From a virus: DNA of 64,000 nt. Both the position numbers and the translations under genes were made by a program. Shown in pieces: positions 1 to 9,114 of this stretch; the first letter of the stretch is position 1, and each line of letters begins with the position of its first letter. Where the stretch lies: the IMG/VR virus record IMGVR_UViG_3300006141_000001; one strand, given 5' to 3'. Below the pieces are notes generated by a model, which saw nothing but the letters and a program-made list of their open reading frames with translations, searched no databases and was not told the DNA's origin.

Positions 1-846
1 ACCAAAGCAAGAAGCATAATCACTAATATTCTCTTCTCCGTTTACCAATAAAGATGTACAGTATTTTTCGACATGCTCTGTCATTACCTTTTTAAACGCA
101 TTCAATTTTTCATCTTTGATAATATCTTTTCTATCTGGAGATGTTAAATTGAGAGTTTTGTCACTTACATGTAAATCGCCTTTTAAGTATGGCAATCCTT
201 CTAACGGAACAACCAACCTTCCTTTGTAAAATACATTGACGTTGTTTCCCCAGGAGTAATTATTTCCTAATGCAATCCAACCTTTGCAATTTTCATCATC
301 TACAGAAAATTGATACTTACTGCCATCACCCTCTGTCAGATCCTTTTCTTCAATTAATTCTCCATTATAATAAATGTCTAACTCATGAATATATTTTCCC
401 AGAACTTCTATACGTTCTTGAATTTCATATTCACTTGCTGTATCAAAATCAAAATTTTTAAGAATTAATTTGAATCCGTCATAATACTCATCTATTTCTT
501 CTACTTTGATTTTTGTATTATTGGTAGAAATCATATCTTTTACATCAAATGTGATATATGTATTTCCTGAATGAGCATTGATAAGATTACTGACAGTAAT
601 GTTGCTAAAGAATCCCATACCAAAAGGATTTTCACTATTTCTTACTTCTTCATCCCAATCGCTTTCTGCAATAGAGAATAATGCCTGTGGATTAGTAAGT
701 ATATTACCATTGTTCTCAATAGTAACGCTTCCTTCTCCCCATCTATCAACAGTAACCTTTACTTCTGTTGCTTTTGCTCTCTGAGCATTCTGTACATCTT
801 CATCAAGGAAACAATATATATCTTTAAATGTGCTTTGGCGAAGCAA
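1..846 (-). CDS. Partial CDS running off the window start. Hypothetical protein with an unclear start: an in-frame TAA lies just upstream of a TTG codon.
   Basis: Continuous minus-strand reading frame from about 846 down to position 1 with coding-like composition. It is absent from the ORF track only because it is truncated by the window edge. Confidence 0.35.
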   Translation of the reverse strand, partial: MLRQSTFKDIYCFLDEDVQNAQRAKATEVKVTVDRWGEGSVTIENNGNILTNPQALFSIAESDWDEEVRNSENPFGMGFFSNITVSNLINAHSGNTYITFDVKDMISTNNTKIKVEEIDEYYDGFKLILKNFDFDTASEYEIQERIEVLGKYIHELDIYYNGELIEEKDLTEGDGSKYQFSVDDENCKGWIALGNNYSWGNNVNVFYKGRLVVPLEGLPYLKGDLHVSDKTLNLTSPDRKDIIKDEKLNAFKKVMTEHVEKYCTSLLVNGEENISDYASCFG

Positions 847-938
847 TTTAAGTTAATTTATCACATTCACTTTTAATTCTACTGCCAAATAAACTTACCT
901 CCGTTCCTTCAATCAACCATGAAATCCAGTTTCGAATA

Positions 939-1259
939 TTATTTCCAACTAATACTCCAATACTGCTGAATTTTATAACTAAGTTCTTCTAATCTTTGAG
1001 TTGTTTCATCTTGTAAATAGCCATCACCACTAATAAAAAACTTACCATTTGCGATAGCATCACTAATTCTTTTACTGATTTCTGCCAACTCTTTTGTTGA
1101 ACAATCTTTAATATTATCTACTGTCTTTTTATGTGCTTCACCTGCGGATAATAATGTTGCCGTATCATTTACGATAGTTGAATTTTCGCAGATATTTTTC
1201 TCAGAACACAATATACATGTTTTATAACTTCTATTTTCAACCGGATATTTACAATCCAT
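939..1259 (-). CDS. hypothetical protein
   Basis: ORF track; tightly packed with neighbours on the same strand. Confidence 0.4.
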   Translation of the reverse strand: MDCKYPVENRSYKTCILCSEKNICENSTIVNDTATLLSAGEAHKKTVDNIKDCSTKELAEISKRISDAIANGKFFISGDGYLQDETTQRLEELSYKIQQYWSISWK

Positions 1260-1297
1260 TTACACATTCTCCTTCTATGCTAATATTTAATAAACAT

Positions 1298-1618
1298 CTA
1301 TTCATCCAACGATAGTCCGATATCTGATTGTTTAAACAAAACTGCATATTGATTTGATTCACTTGCAGATTTTCTTATAATATATCCATTATCTTTTAAT
1401 ATTTTAATTGTTCCTTTTGTCAAACCATTAAACCACGTTCCTACAGAGCTTTGATCATAAATGTGATTCACAATATTATACCTAATTTTGTTCATTACTC
1501 GTTTTGCAACTTTTCTATCCGAATAATGTTTATTGAAATCACTAATTGCTCGTTTCACTTTATACATATTTTCACCTCCGACACCCAAGGAAATCGTGCT
1601 TTCGTTATTCCAAAGCAA
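1298..1618 (-). CDS. hypothetical protein
   Basis: ORF track; same-strand operon context. Confidence 0.4.
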   Translation of the reverse strand: MLWNNESTISLGVGGENMYKVKRAISDFNKHYSDRKVAKRVMNKIRYNIVNHIYDQSSVGTWFNGLTKGTIKILKDNGYIIRKSASESNQYAVLFKQSDIGLSLDE

Positions 1619-1682
1619 TTATCGTTCTTTCAGTAACAATATGTTTTGGAATAACCTTATTAAAATTCACATTACTCTTTTT

Positions 1683-2084
1683 TTAATCAATCCTTTTTAC
1701 ATTCACAGGAATCCACATATTTGGGTTAAAATTCAGTGTGTACTTATATTTAGAAACTGCGTTTGCTCCTAAATTCAAATCTTCAATCACATATGTAACA
1801 TTGTCACTTAATCCCACAAAATGTTTTGTATATGTGCCGCCATTTTCTACGATTATTTCAAGCTGATTATCAGACCTATCCGCTTTAATTGACATCCTTC
1901 CAGACATCTGAAATAATATGTCTCCGCCAATACAATTAATTACTGTCAATTGGCGGACTATATTAAAATTATCTGCCTCCTGAGAAATGTTGTATTCTAC
2001 TCTTTGTGCTTCAGTATTACATCCAGCAAACAGACCACACCCTAGGCATCCCGCAAATAATAATCCAACTAATTTCTTCTTCAA
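1683..2084 (-). CDS. putative lipoprotein
   Basis: N-terminus MKKKLVGLLFAGCLGCGLFAGC has a signal peptide with a lipobox-like LFAGC. Confidence 0.5.
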   Translation of the reverse strand: MKKKLVGLLFAGCLGCGLFAGCNTEAQRVEYNISQEADNFNIVRQLTVINCIGGDILFQMSGRMSIKADRSDNQLEIIVENGGTYTKHFVGLSDNVTYVIEDLNLGANAVSKYKYTLNFNPNMWIPVNVKRID

Positions 2085-2111
2085 TATATTACTGTTCCTC
2101 TCTCTGATTTT

Positions 2112-2480
2112 TTAATTATATTCTCCATTTATGCGTTGCTCTAATATTTTTGTTTTTCCTCTTTTGCCCCTATTAGGATTTGATAGTTTCTCTGAAAGAA
2201 TTTCATCAATTACAGAAAACTCTTCCATTGTCTTTAGTCCTGGCACATGGACGGCAATATAATTCGCATCTGTATACAAATCATCATTTTTACCCGTCAT
2301 TTCATTTAAGACCTGAGAAAGCAAACTCAATACGCTGTCTGCGCCTAATTTATAAGCTACTTTTTCTTCACTACTCATACCTGGCTTATCCCCTAATGCA
2401 AAGTTTTCAAAAATTTCTTTCACATAACTATAAATATCAAATCCTACTAAAACCACATCTTTATCTTCCATATTTTTCAT
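2112..2480 (-). CDS. hypothetical protein
   Basis: ORF track. Its start abuts the stop of the upstream DHH gene as TGA-ATG. Confidence 0.45.
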   Translation of the reverse strand: MKNMEDKDVVLVGFDIYSYVKEIFENFALGDKPGMSSEEKVAYKLGADSVLSLLSQVLNEMTGKNDDLYTDANYIAVHVPGLKTMEEFSVIDEILSEKLSNPNRGKRGKTKILEQRINGEYN

Positions 2481-3410
2481 TCACTCCCTATTAAAAATTT
2501 CTTTGATCGTTTTTAGTAATATTTCTTTTGGGAATTGAGATCCTGCTGCTTTAGGATGCCCTCCTCCTCCAAATTGTTTAGCAATTGTTTGCCCTAAATT
2601 CAAGTCTTCTCTAATAGTTCTATATGATACAGTCCCGTCCATATCAATCATTGCAATAAAATCAATTTCAGGATGCATCTTACATAACCTATTCCCAAGT
2701 TCGCTAAAATACTTTTCTGCAAATACACATCCTGCAATCCAACCACATATTGGCAATGTAAATAGCTGTTTATCCTTTTTTTCTATATAATCGTCAATTT
2801 CTTTCTGTATAATGTTTAAGAGGAGTTTATCTGTATCATCCAAATTGAAAGAATCACCACAGAATATTTTCGATATACACCAAGAAATAAATTTTTCTCT
2901 TCCATATAAGTACAATAAATCATTTACCTGCTTACACAAAATTCCTTCATCACCAAGTTCTGCCCATCTCCACGTATCATAATTTCTAACCAATTCTACA
3001 AATACATCTAATAATTTATTATTTTCTAATTCATCATTGAAGCATCCATTCATGCCTAACCAATGATAAAACATTTTTGTCCCTGATGTCTTCAATCCGC
3101 CAGGCTCTTCTACTGTCACTCTACACCAACTATATTTATTTAAGTCCAACGCTGTTGGATGATGATCTAATAATTGAGCATTACCTCTTTTATCTAATAG
3201 TTTTGCCACTTCTTCATTTACGCTGATATCTGTAATGTAAATTAAATTTTTATTATCGTTGTTACTTATATAATCCGATATCTTCTCATTGATTTCATCA
3301 TAATTGCAATATTCGACATCAACATTACCCCGAAAAGCTAATTTTGCTAATATTGCACATCCAATGCCGTCTAAATCTGTATGTGTAAATACTTTAACCA
3401 AACAATCCAT
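2481..3410 (-). CDS. DHH/DHHA1-family phosphoesterase (NrnA- or RecJ-like nuclease or nanoRNase)
   Basis: DHH motifs HTDLDGIGC and LLDHHPT, and the C-terminal DHHA1 motif GGGHPKAAG. Confidence 0.8.
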   Translation of the reverse strand: MDCLVKVFTHTDLDGIGCAILAKLAFRGNVDVEYCNYDEINEKISDYISNNDNKNLIYITDISVNEEVAKLLDKRGNAQLLDHHPTALDLNKYSWCRVTVEEPGGLKTSGTKMFYHWLGMNGCFNDELENNKLLDVFVELVRNYDTWRWAELGDEGILCKQVNDLLYLYGREKFISWCISKIFCGDSFNLDDTDKLLLNIIQKEIDDYIEKKDKQLFTLPICGWIAGCVFAEKYFSELGNRLCKMHPEIDFIAMIDMDGTVSYRTIREDLNLGQTIAKQFGGGGHPKAAGSQFPKEILLKTIKEIFNRE

Positions 3411-3420
3411 CTCCTTTATT

Positions 3421-3624
3421 TCAACTTTTTATACCAAAAAATTTTTCACAGAAGTCCCTAATATCTTTAACGATATCTTCATTCATCTTACCGCTATTAC
3501 ACATATCGAGGACTGCTCCAAGAATACCTGCAGCACCAGCTTTTAATTCTTGAAAACGGACTTCTTCTAAAGTTGATTTAATTTCTCTATTTATTTGCTT
3601 CTCCTGTTTTTTCGTTAATGCCAT
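3421..3624 (-). CDS. hypothetical small protein
   Basis: ORF track. Confidence 0.35.
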   Translation of the reverse strand: MALTKKQEKQINREIKSTLEEVRFQELKAGAAGILGAVLDMCNSGKMNEDIVKDIRDFCEKFFGIKS

Positions 3625-3878
3625 AATACTAACACTCCTTTCATAGAATTATGCGGGTGAAGATTTGCACTTCACATAGTTCTGCCACACTACTCACTTT
3701 CCTATACCAGATTCACCCTTCGGCTACTACAGAACCTTTCCCTAGAGTCTACAATTAAGAAACGCCTAATTATTAGCTGATATCTCGCTCACTTCGGATC
3801 ATGAAGCAGCACTCTATCTGTTTCTTTTTACCATCTGTTTACATAGATGTCTATTCCTCCACCGCATAAAATTCCTTG

Positions 3879-4502
3879 TCATTTTTTTAATTTATTTTTC
3901 TTTGTCGTTTGCACATCCCAATGCTCATCTGTTTGGATATGGTTTTCTCTAACATATTTTGCAACATTATTACAAAAGTCGTTATACATAAAAGAGTCTG
4001 TATTTCTAACCACTATCCCCTCACCCCCTTGTTTGACAATTTCTCTTGCAATTCCAACTGTTTTTTCTATGTCATAAATACCTTTATATAATACAGGAAC
4101 TGTTTCAACCCCTATCATATCGCAAAATTTTTCTGTATCATCCCATGATAAGCATCTATTGCTTTCCCACACTGAAAACACCAGAAAAAACGATTTTAAA
4201 TCAATATATTTTATCGAATGCTGTGCATACAGATATTCTCCACATATCCTATATCCCTCTGGAATTAAATACTGAAAATATCTTATATAATTTAAGAGCC
4301 AAGAATGGTAGTCTTTATGTGATGATTCTATACTTCTTGCATGATAATAATCTTTATAGATAGTCGTATTCTCGCCATCCATTTTTTCTGTTATCACTAC
4401 TTCTTTCCCACGGAATTGGTTATCATTTTTCAATACCTTATCATCACTTGTATGCCCTTTTGAATATGGCAAATGATAAGTTCTTGGATATTTATATCTC
4501 AT
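3879..4502 (-). CDS. ATP-dependent RNA ligase-like nucleotidyltransferase (compact Rnl2-type)
   Basis: Motif I KMDG (VITEKMDGENT). It also has EGIVVRN (motif IV-like), AKYVRENH (motif V-like) and N-terminal YPRTYHL, as in RNA_ligase-family proteins. Confidence 0.6.
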   Translation of the reverse strand: MRYKYPRTYHLPYSKGHTSDDKVLKNDNQFRGKEVVITEKMDGENTTIYKDYYHARSIESSHKDYHSWLLNYIRYFQYLIPEGYRICGEYLYAQHSIKYIDLKSFFLVFSVWESNRCLSWDDTEKFCDMIGVETVPVLYKGIYDIEKTVGIAREIVKQGGEGIVVRNTDSFMYNDFCNNVAKYVRENHIQTDEHWDVQTTKKNKLKK

Positions 4503-4504
4503 AA

Positions 4505-4798
4505 TTATTTTTCTCTTAATTGACTTTTTAGGGGAAAATTGTCTACAGTTTCACTTTTATTTGTATATTTTATTTTATTGCTGGGAACAAAGATAATAGT
4601 ATCGTTGCCACAAAGATAATTTTCTGGTACTGCCAACTTTTCAAATATGTAGTTATCACCAAGTTCCTCTTCTAATTCGGAAAACACATCTATTCCATAT
4701 TGGGAAGAAATGACAGCAACTTCCCCTCTCGGATTACATTTTTCTAATAGTCCTTCTATTACATTTTTTAGTTCACTTATTTTTAACGATTCGACCAT
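4505..4798 (-). CDS. hypothetical protein
   Basis: ORF track. Confidence 0.4.
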   Translation of the reverse strand: MVESLKISELKNVIEGLLEKCNPRGEVAVISSQYGIDVFSELEEELGDNYIFEKLAVPENYLCGNDTIIFVPSNKIKYTNKSETVDNFPLKSQLREK

Positions 4799-5007
4799 AT
4801 TTTTACCTCGATTCTGTTTTCTTATAAACTTCTTTTGCTATTTACTCTAAACATTCTATACAAATATCAAATTTCTTTATTGTAACATCAAAAACAGACT
4901 CATTGTAAAAATCCAATCCCCCTACACTCTAAGGTTGGAAGTTCAATGCTTTCTGTCTTAGAATTTTTCTTGCAAAAATCACAAAAATACTTTACCATAT
5001 GTCTCTC

Positions 5008-5580
5008 CTAATCCATTATTTTATATAATTCTTCATAAATTGCCTTGATAACCTCTGCGTCATAAAGGGCATTATGTTTTTCTCCCTCAATTTGTTGCCC
5101 GCACAGTTCGGAAACAATATCTTCTCTGCTCTTATCAAAGGCTTCTCTGTCAGAAATACCATAATGCTTTGCAATGTCCTGATTGATATCATGGCAAGCC
5201 GCTGACACATTCCCAGGTAAATCAAACGCACCGCCGAAAATATCAATCAGTAAGACAAAATCATAGTGACTCACATCGGACAGAAACTGAATATCTGCAT
5301 ACTGTTGCAGCCATTTTAATAGTTCGCTACGAATTTGTTTTTTTGTTCCGACCGAAACAATAAGATTTTTCATGTTTTGATGCAACTCATAAAGAGTATT
5401 ATTCCCGCCAATCACTGTATTGGTTATTACATTTTTCTTAATCCAATCATCACATTGAGTTTTATCGTAGTCTGTAAATTCTGCATAAAATTTCTTGCCA
5501 TCCTCTGCAATAATTCCCAGGCTGACAAGGGTTGTTCCCTTATACAGTCCTGTAAATTCTGTATCAAAAAATAATTTCAT
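5008..5580 (-). CDS. DEDDh 3'-5' exonuclease (DnaQ or oligoribonuclease-like)
   Basis: Exo I motif FFDTEFTG and the Exo III H-x4-D motif HNALYDAEV. Confidence 0.7.
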   Translation of the reverse strand: MKLFFDTEFTGLYKGTTLVSLGIIAEDGKKFYAEFTDYDKTQCDDWIKKNVITNTVIGGNNTLYELHQNMKNLIVSVGTKKQIRSELLKWLQQYADIQFLSDVSHYDFVLLIDIFGGAFDLPGNVSAACHDINQDIAKHYGISDREAFDKSREDIVSELCGQQIEGEKHNALYDAEVIKAIYEELYKIMD

Positions 5581-6101
5581 GATTTCCTCCTTTTATCGCA
5601 AAATTGTGAAGCCACAAGTTTCTTTTACAAATTCAGGATCTTTAATCTCTATATATTCTTCTTTTGTCCAATCAAATTTAAACCACCATCTATTTACTGC
5701 TGGATTATATAATCCTTCATAGACTTCTTCTATAAGCGCATAATTATAGCATCTCTCATTTATATCACAGCAATTTTCTGTAACTGATGAATAAGCGTTC
5801 TCAAAATTTTGATACCATCCAACAACCTAGGAGCATCCGAACTCAGGAATCTTCATTTTTCGTTAATTTTCAAATTTTCCATCACCACAATCACATATAT
5901 CTTATCCAAATTATTGCCTCCCCTGTTAGCTATTTTCCATTTCTTTTTGAAGGTTGTATTTCTCTAATAGAAAACTCACGTTATGTTCCTTATTATATTT
6001 ATCACACGACTCTTGGGCTTCCTTTTTGTTTGCAAAAACACCTATGCCAGGGTTCTTATTGATTATTAATCCGTAGCCATCATCGTCAGTTGTATATATT
6101 T

Positions 6102-6369
6102 CTAATGATTTTTACTATTTTTTAAACGTATACTGGCTCCAATCTTTATAGGTTTGCTAACTATTTTTTCTATAACTTCTTTATGTTCAAATTCACCTTT
6201 ACATTCAGGACAAGTAAACTTTTTATATCTATACAAAATCTCTCCTGTATTATCGCAATATCCACATTTTCTATGAAAACCAAAGTGGTGTTGTATATTA
6301 TCCTCTAAATATATTGTATGACCAATTTTAAATGTTCCTTCTTCAAATCTACATTCTTTTATTTCCCAT
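6102..6369 (-). CDS. Small zinc-ribbon protein with an apparent +1/-1 frameshift after 5 codons. Possible assembly error.
   Basis: GGAGGG RBS, then ATG GGA AAT AAA AGA, then a frame change into CRFEEGTF...HRKCGYCDNTGEILYRYKKFTCPECKG. The body of the ORF has no start codon of its own. Confidence 0.3.
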
Positions 6370-6407
6370 TACAACATATTTTCCCTCCGTTTTGGAATAA
6401 AACAATC

Positions 6408-7169
6408 TTAGAGCAACCTGCCTTTGTTATATGTAAACAGTTTTTCCATCCTAATATTGGCATCATCCGATTTACTTTTATTGCAGTCTAAAAGGGTCTT
6501 TGTTTCTTTAGACCAGATACAGGTAAATTCCTCTGGCATTGAATATTCGCTTATCAATACAACATTATTTTCACTCGCCGATTTAACCCAGTCATAAAAT
6601 TCTTCGTATGAAAATATTTCTGTTTTATATTTCGTGGTTCCACGATAAGGAATATCGCAATAAATAACATAGTCTTTTATCTTCTCTAAAGGCAAATCTT
6701 TAAAATCACATTGTCCAAATTTTATGCCTTTTAAATTCGGAATCTGTTTTATCGTATTATTATATGCTTCTAAAGAATAATTTCTTTTCCCAGTTTTATC
6801 CCTTCGATAACCTCCAAACCATTTGCTGCCATATGATAATTGAAATCCTACGTAACCAACTAAATAATCTGGATATTTCTCTTTGTTAAATTGTATTTCT
6901 CTATATTCCTCTTCTGTAAATTCCTTTGGAGGGATCCAGCCTCTTTCTATTTTTTTTAAAACTGCAATTAAATATTTATGGATATCTGTGCCAATCTTAT
7001 GATTACATTGAATTTTATCAATCATATTAGCACCGCCTACGAATGGTTCTAAATATCCTTTTGTATCTTCTGTAATATAAGATTGGATAATCGGCACTAA
7101 ATGTTTTGCTAATCTATTTTTACTACCAACGTATTTTATTTTGTTCACCAGAAAGTCCATATGGTTCAC
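6408..7169 (-). CDS. dam: DNA N6-adenine methyltransferase (Dam family)
   Basis: Motifs KYVGSKNRL, EPFVGGA (FxGxG) and DIPY (DPPY variant). Confidence 0.8.
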   Translation of the reverse strand: MNHMDFLVNKIKYVGSKNRLAKHLVPIIQSYITEDTKGYLEPFVGGANMIDKIQCNHKIGTDIHKYLIAVLKKIERGWIPPKEFTEEEYREIQFNKEKYPDYLVGYVGFQLSYGSKWFGGYRRDKTGKRNYSLEAYNNTIKQIPNLKGIKFGQCDFKDLPLEKIKDYVIYCDIPYRGTTKYKTEIFSYEEFYDWVKSASENNVVLISEYSMPEEFTCIWSKETKTLLDCNKSKSDDANIRMEKLFTYNKGRLL

Positions 7170-7241
7170 AGTAGCTACACTTTGTTTTCCTTTCTGATTT
7201 TATATTCTTTTTTAATAAGTTGTCCTGTTGAAATTAACCTT

Positions 7242-7799
7242 TCAAAGCCTTTTACAGAACACCAACTTGGGTTTTAATTCATCCGGCTTTGTATTCCACA
7301 CTCTTTTCCCACCAGTAAATACACCTATCTCATGTCCTGGAACCCTCCTACATGTAAACCCCTTAGTCTGTCCTATTAAAGTCCAGTTATCAGCTTTGTA
7401 TATAGCACCCGTCCTTGGCAATTCTACAAGACTTTCAAAACCAATTACTTTATCTTTATACCTCTCCTCCCAATCAAGTACTACTTGTTTTCTCCATTTA
7501 GATAACACCTTTGTTCCTAAATTTCTATCTCCATGATTGTCTATCAAATGAAAGAAATTGTTATTAATAATTCCATTTATGTAATAATCTTCTTCAAAAA
7601 ACTCATTTCTGTTTGGTAAGTGTAATGTTGCTGATCCACCAACAATAACACCAACAAATTCATTTTCGTCAAAAATATTATAAATTAACTGTCTACCTAC
7701 AAATCCTTTTGGATGTGAATAATGAATAGACATTAAATATTGCACATCTTTATCAGATTTCTTTTCTCTCTTCAGTTCTATCAAATTTATCAGGAGCAA
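7242..7799 (-). CDS. hypothetical protein
   Basis: ORF track; no recognised motifs. Confidence 0.45.
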   Translation of the reverse strand: MLLINLIELKREKKSDKDVQYLMSIHYSHPKGFVGRQLIYNIFDENEFVGVIVGGSATLHLPNRNEFFEEDYYINGIINNNFFHLIDNHGDRNLGTKVLSKWRKQVVLDWEERYKDKVIGFESLVELPRTGAIYKADNWTLIGQTKGFTCRRVPGHEIGVFTGGKRVWNTKPDELKPKLVFCKRL

Positions 7800-7879
7800 A
7801 GTATACTTTACGACATGTCAAATCTCTTTTCCTCCTTAAAATTTTTCTAATTTACCGATGAATCTCTGGTTTTGTTACC

Positions 7880-8359
7880 TCACATATAATCTTTGATTCT
7901 ATTTTCATTTGAATCAATCAGATATAAATCTACCAATTTTGTGCCTTCAGACAATGTATAGTTATATCTGCATGGACGCTCATCAAAAAACTTTTTGATT
8001 CTTCTAATAACAATTTCTTCCCAGTACTCATTTAAGGGTTTTACCAACTGAATTGCTAATGAATTACACTCATCTGTCATATGATAAAATGTCATCTGTT
8101 CCCAATCATCAACATCTTGATATGTTTCCATTAAATATTCGTCTTTTAACTCATAATCATCATAGTAATCTTTTCTTTTAGAACTGAATTCCTCTTCCCA
8201 AAACAAATCCATTTCATAATCGCCATGAAAATTACCCATTTCCATCTGGACATTATCAAGCGTTCCCAAGGCATAACTTATTAGTTCTCTTTCAAAATTT
8301 CCCGTATAACTGTTTGTCTTTATAATTAATTCATAATTCGGAATCTGTTGCACTCTCAT
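7880..8359 (-). CDS. hypothetical protein
   Basis: ORF track. Confidence 0.45.
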   Translation of the reverse strand: MRVQQIPNYELIIKTNSYTGNFERELISYALGTLDNVQMEMGNFHGDYEMDLFWEEEFSSKRKDYYDDYELKDEYLMETYQDVDDWEQMTFYHMTDECNSLAIQLVKPLNEYWEEIVIRRIKKFFDERPCRYNYTLSEGTKLVDLYLIDSNENRIKDYM

Positions 8360-8739
8360 AATTTTTCCTCCAATATCTGATCATTCAAAATCCATAAATT
8401 TCATATCAAAATATTTCTTTGCCAACTCAGGAATATCTTTTTCAACTTGTTTCAAATATCTCATTTCGGAACATTCTTTTTGGTGCCTTGACTGTTGATA
8501 TTTAACAAATTCTTTATATGACTTCTTCTTAAATGCAGATGGTTGATTACACCATGCAGCTAGATTTATATATGTACCTCTATATGGAGATTCTTCATAT
8601 CGGTTTCAATACTATTTCCGTTCTAAACTTTCTGCATATTCCTTGATTTTATCTACATTACTTTTCTTTGTTTTAATACAAATTTCTACATATGAGTCAA
8701 CATTTTTTAAATACTCTTCTACATCTTCAATATCTTTAT

Positions 8740-9012
8740 CTAAATCCAAACTTCTATATCATTGCTTTTGTCTTTCTTCTGGTAATTACAATTTCCATAA
8801 TTTCCATTCAAATAATAAACATGGTATTTCTCCTTCCATTGCTCTAATATTGGGTTATAATACTTTAAATTATTACTTAATGCAAATTTAACCCTCTTAG
8901 TATTAAGAAAATCTAATAATTTTAAAAGTTCCTGTTCATTTTTCTCATTCCATTGATTATTCTCATTATAGCGGCATAATTTGAGACAATAACTTGTATT
9001 TTCCACCAACAT
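8740..9012 (-). CDS. hypothetical protein
   Basis: ORF track. Confidence 0.3.
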   Translation of the reverse strand: MLVENTSYCLKLCRYNENNQWNEKNEQELLKLLDFLNTKRVKFALSNNLKYYNPILEQWKEKYHVYYLNGNYGNCNYQKKDKSNDIEVWI

Positions 9013-9114
9013 AGTTTACGGCGATTTTATATATTCATTTCCCATATATGATTTAGGAGTAAATGCGCATTTAACTGGTATACCAAACCTCATCCCTCCT
9101 CTATTTATTCTAAA

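Noticed and set aside
270-784. Plus-strand ORFs at 270..461 and 578..784, and the many other listed plus-strand ORFs of 60-130 aa.
   Set aside because: They lie antisense within a longer minus-strand coding frame, have low-complexity or hydrophobic composition, and lack RBS context. They are shadow ORFs of the minus-strand genes.
2478-2483. Three consecutive genes (2481..3410, 2112..2480, 1683..2084) in the same frame with a TGA-ATG junction, seen as possible TGA read-through fusion.
   Set aside because: Each downstream gene has its own ATG and RBS, and the stops are ordinary (TGA, TAA). A same-frame coincidence has about 1 in 9 odds.
4900-4965. T-arm-like GGAAG-TTCAATG-CTTTC motif, seen as possible tRNA or att fragment.
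   Set aside because: No complementary acceptor strands and no other tRNA features. It is probably a chance match in an intergenic region.
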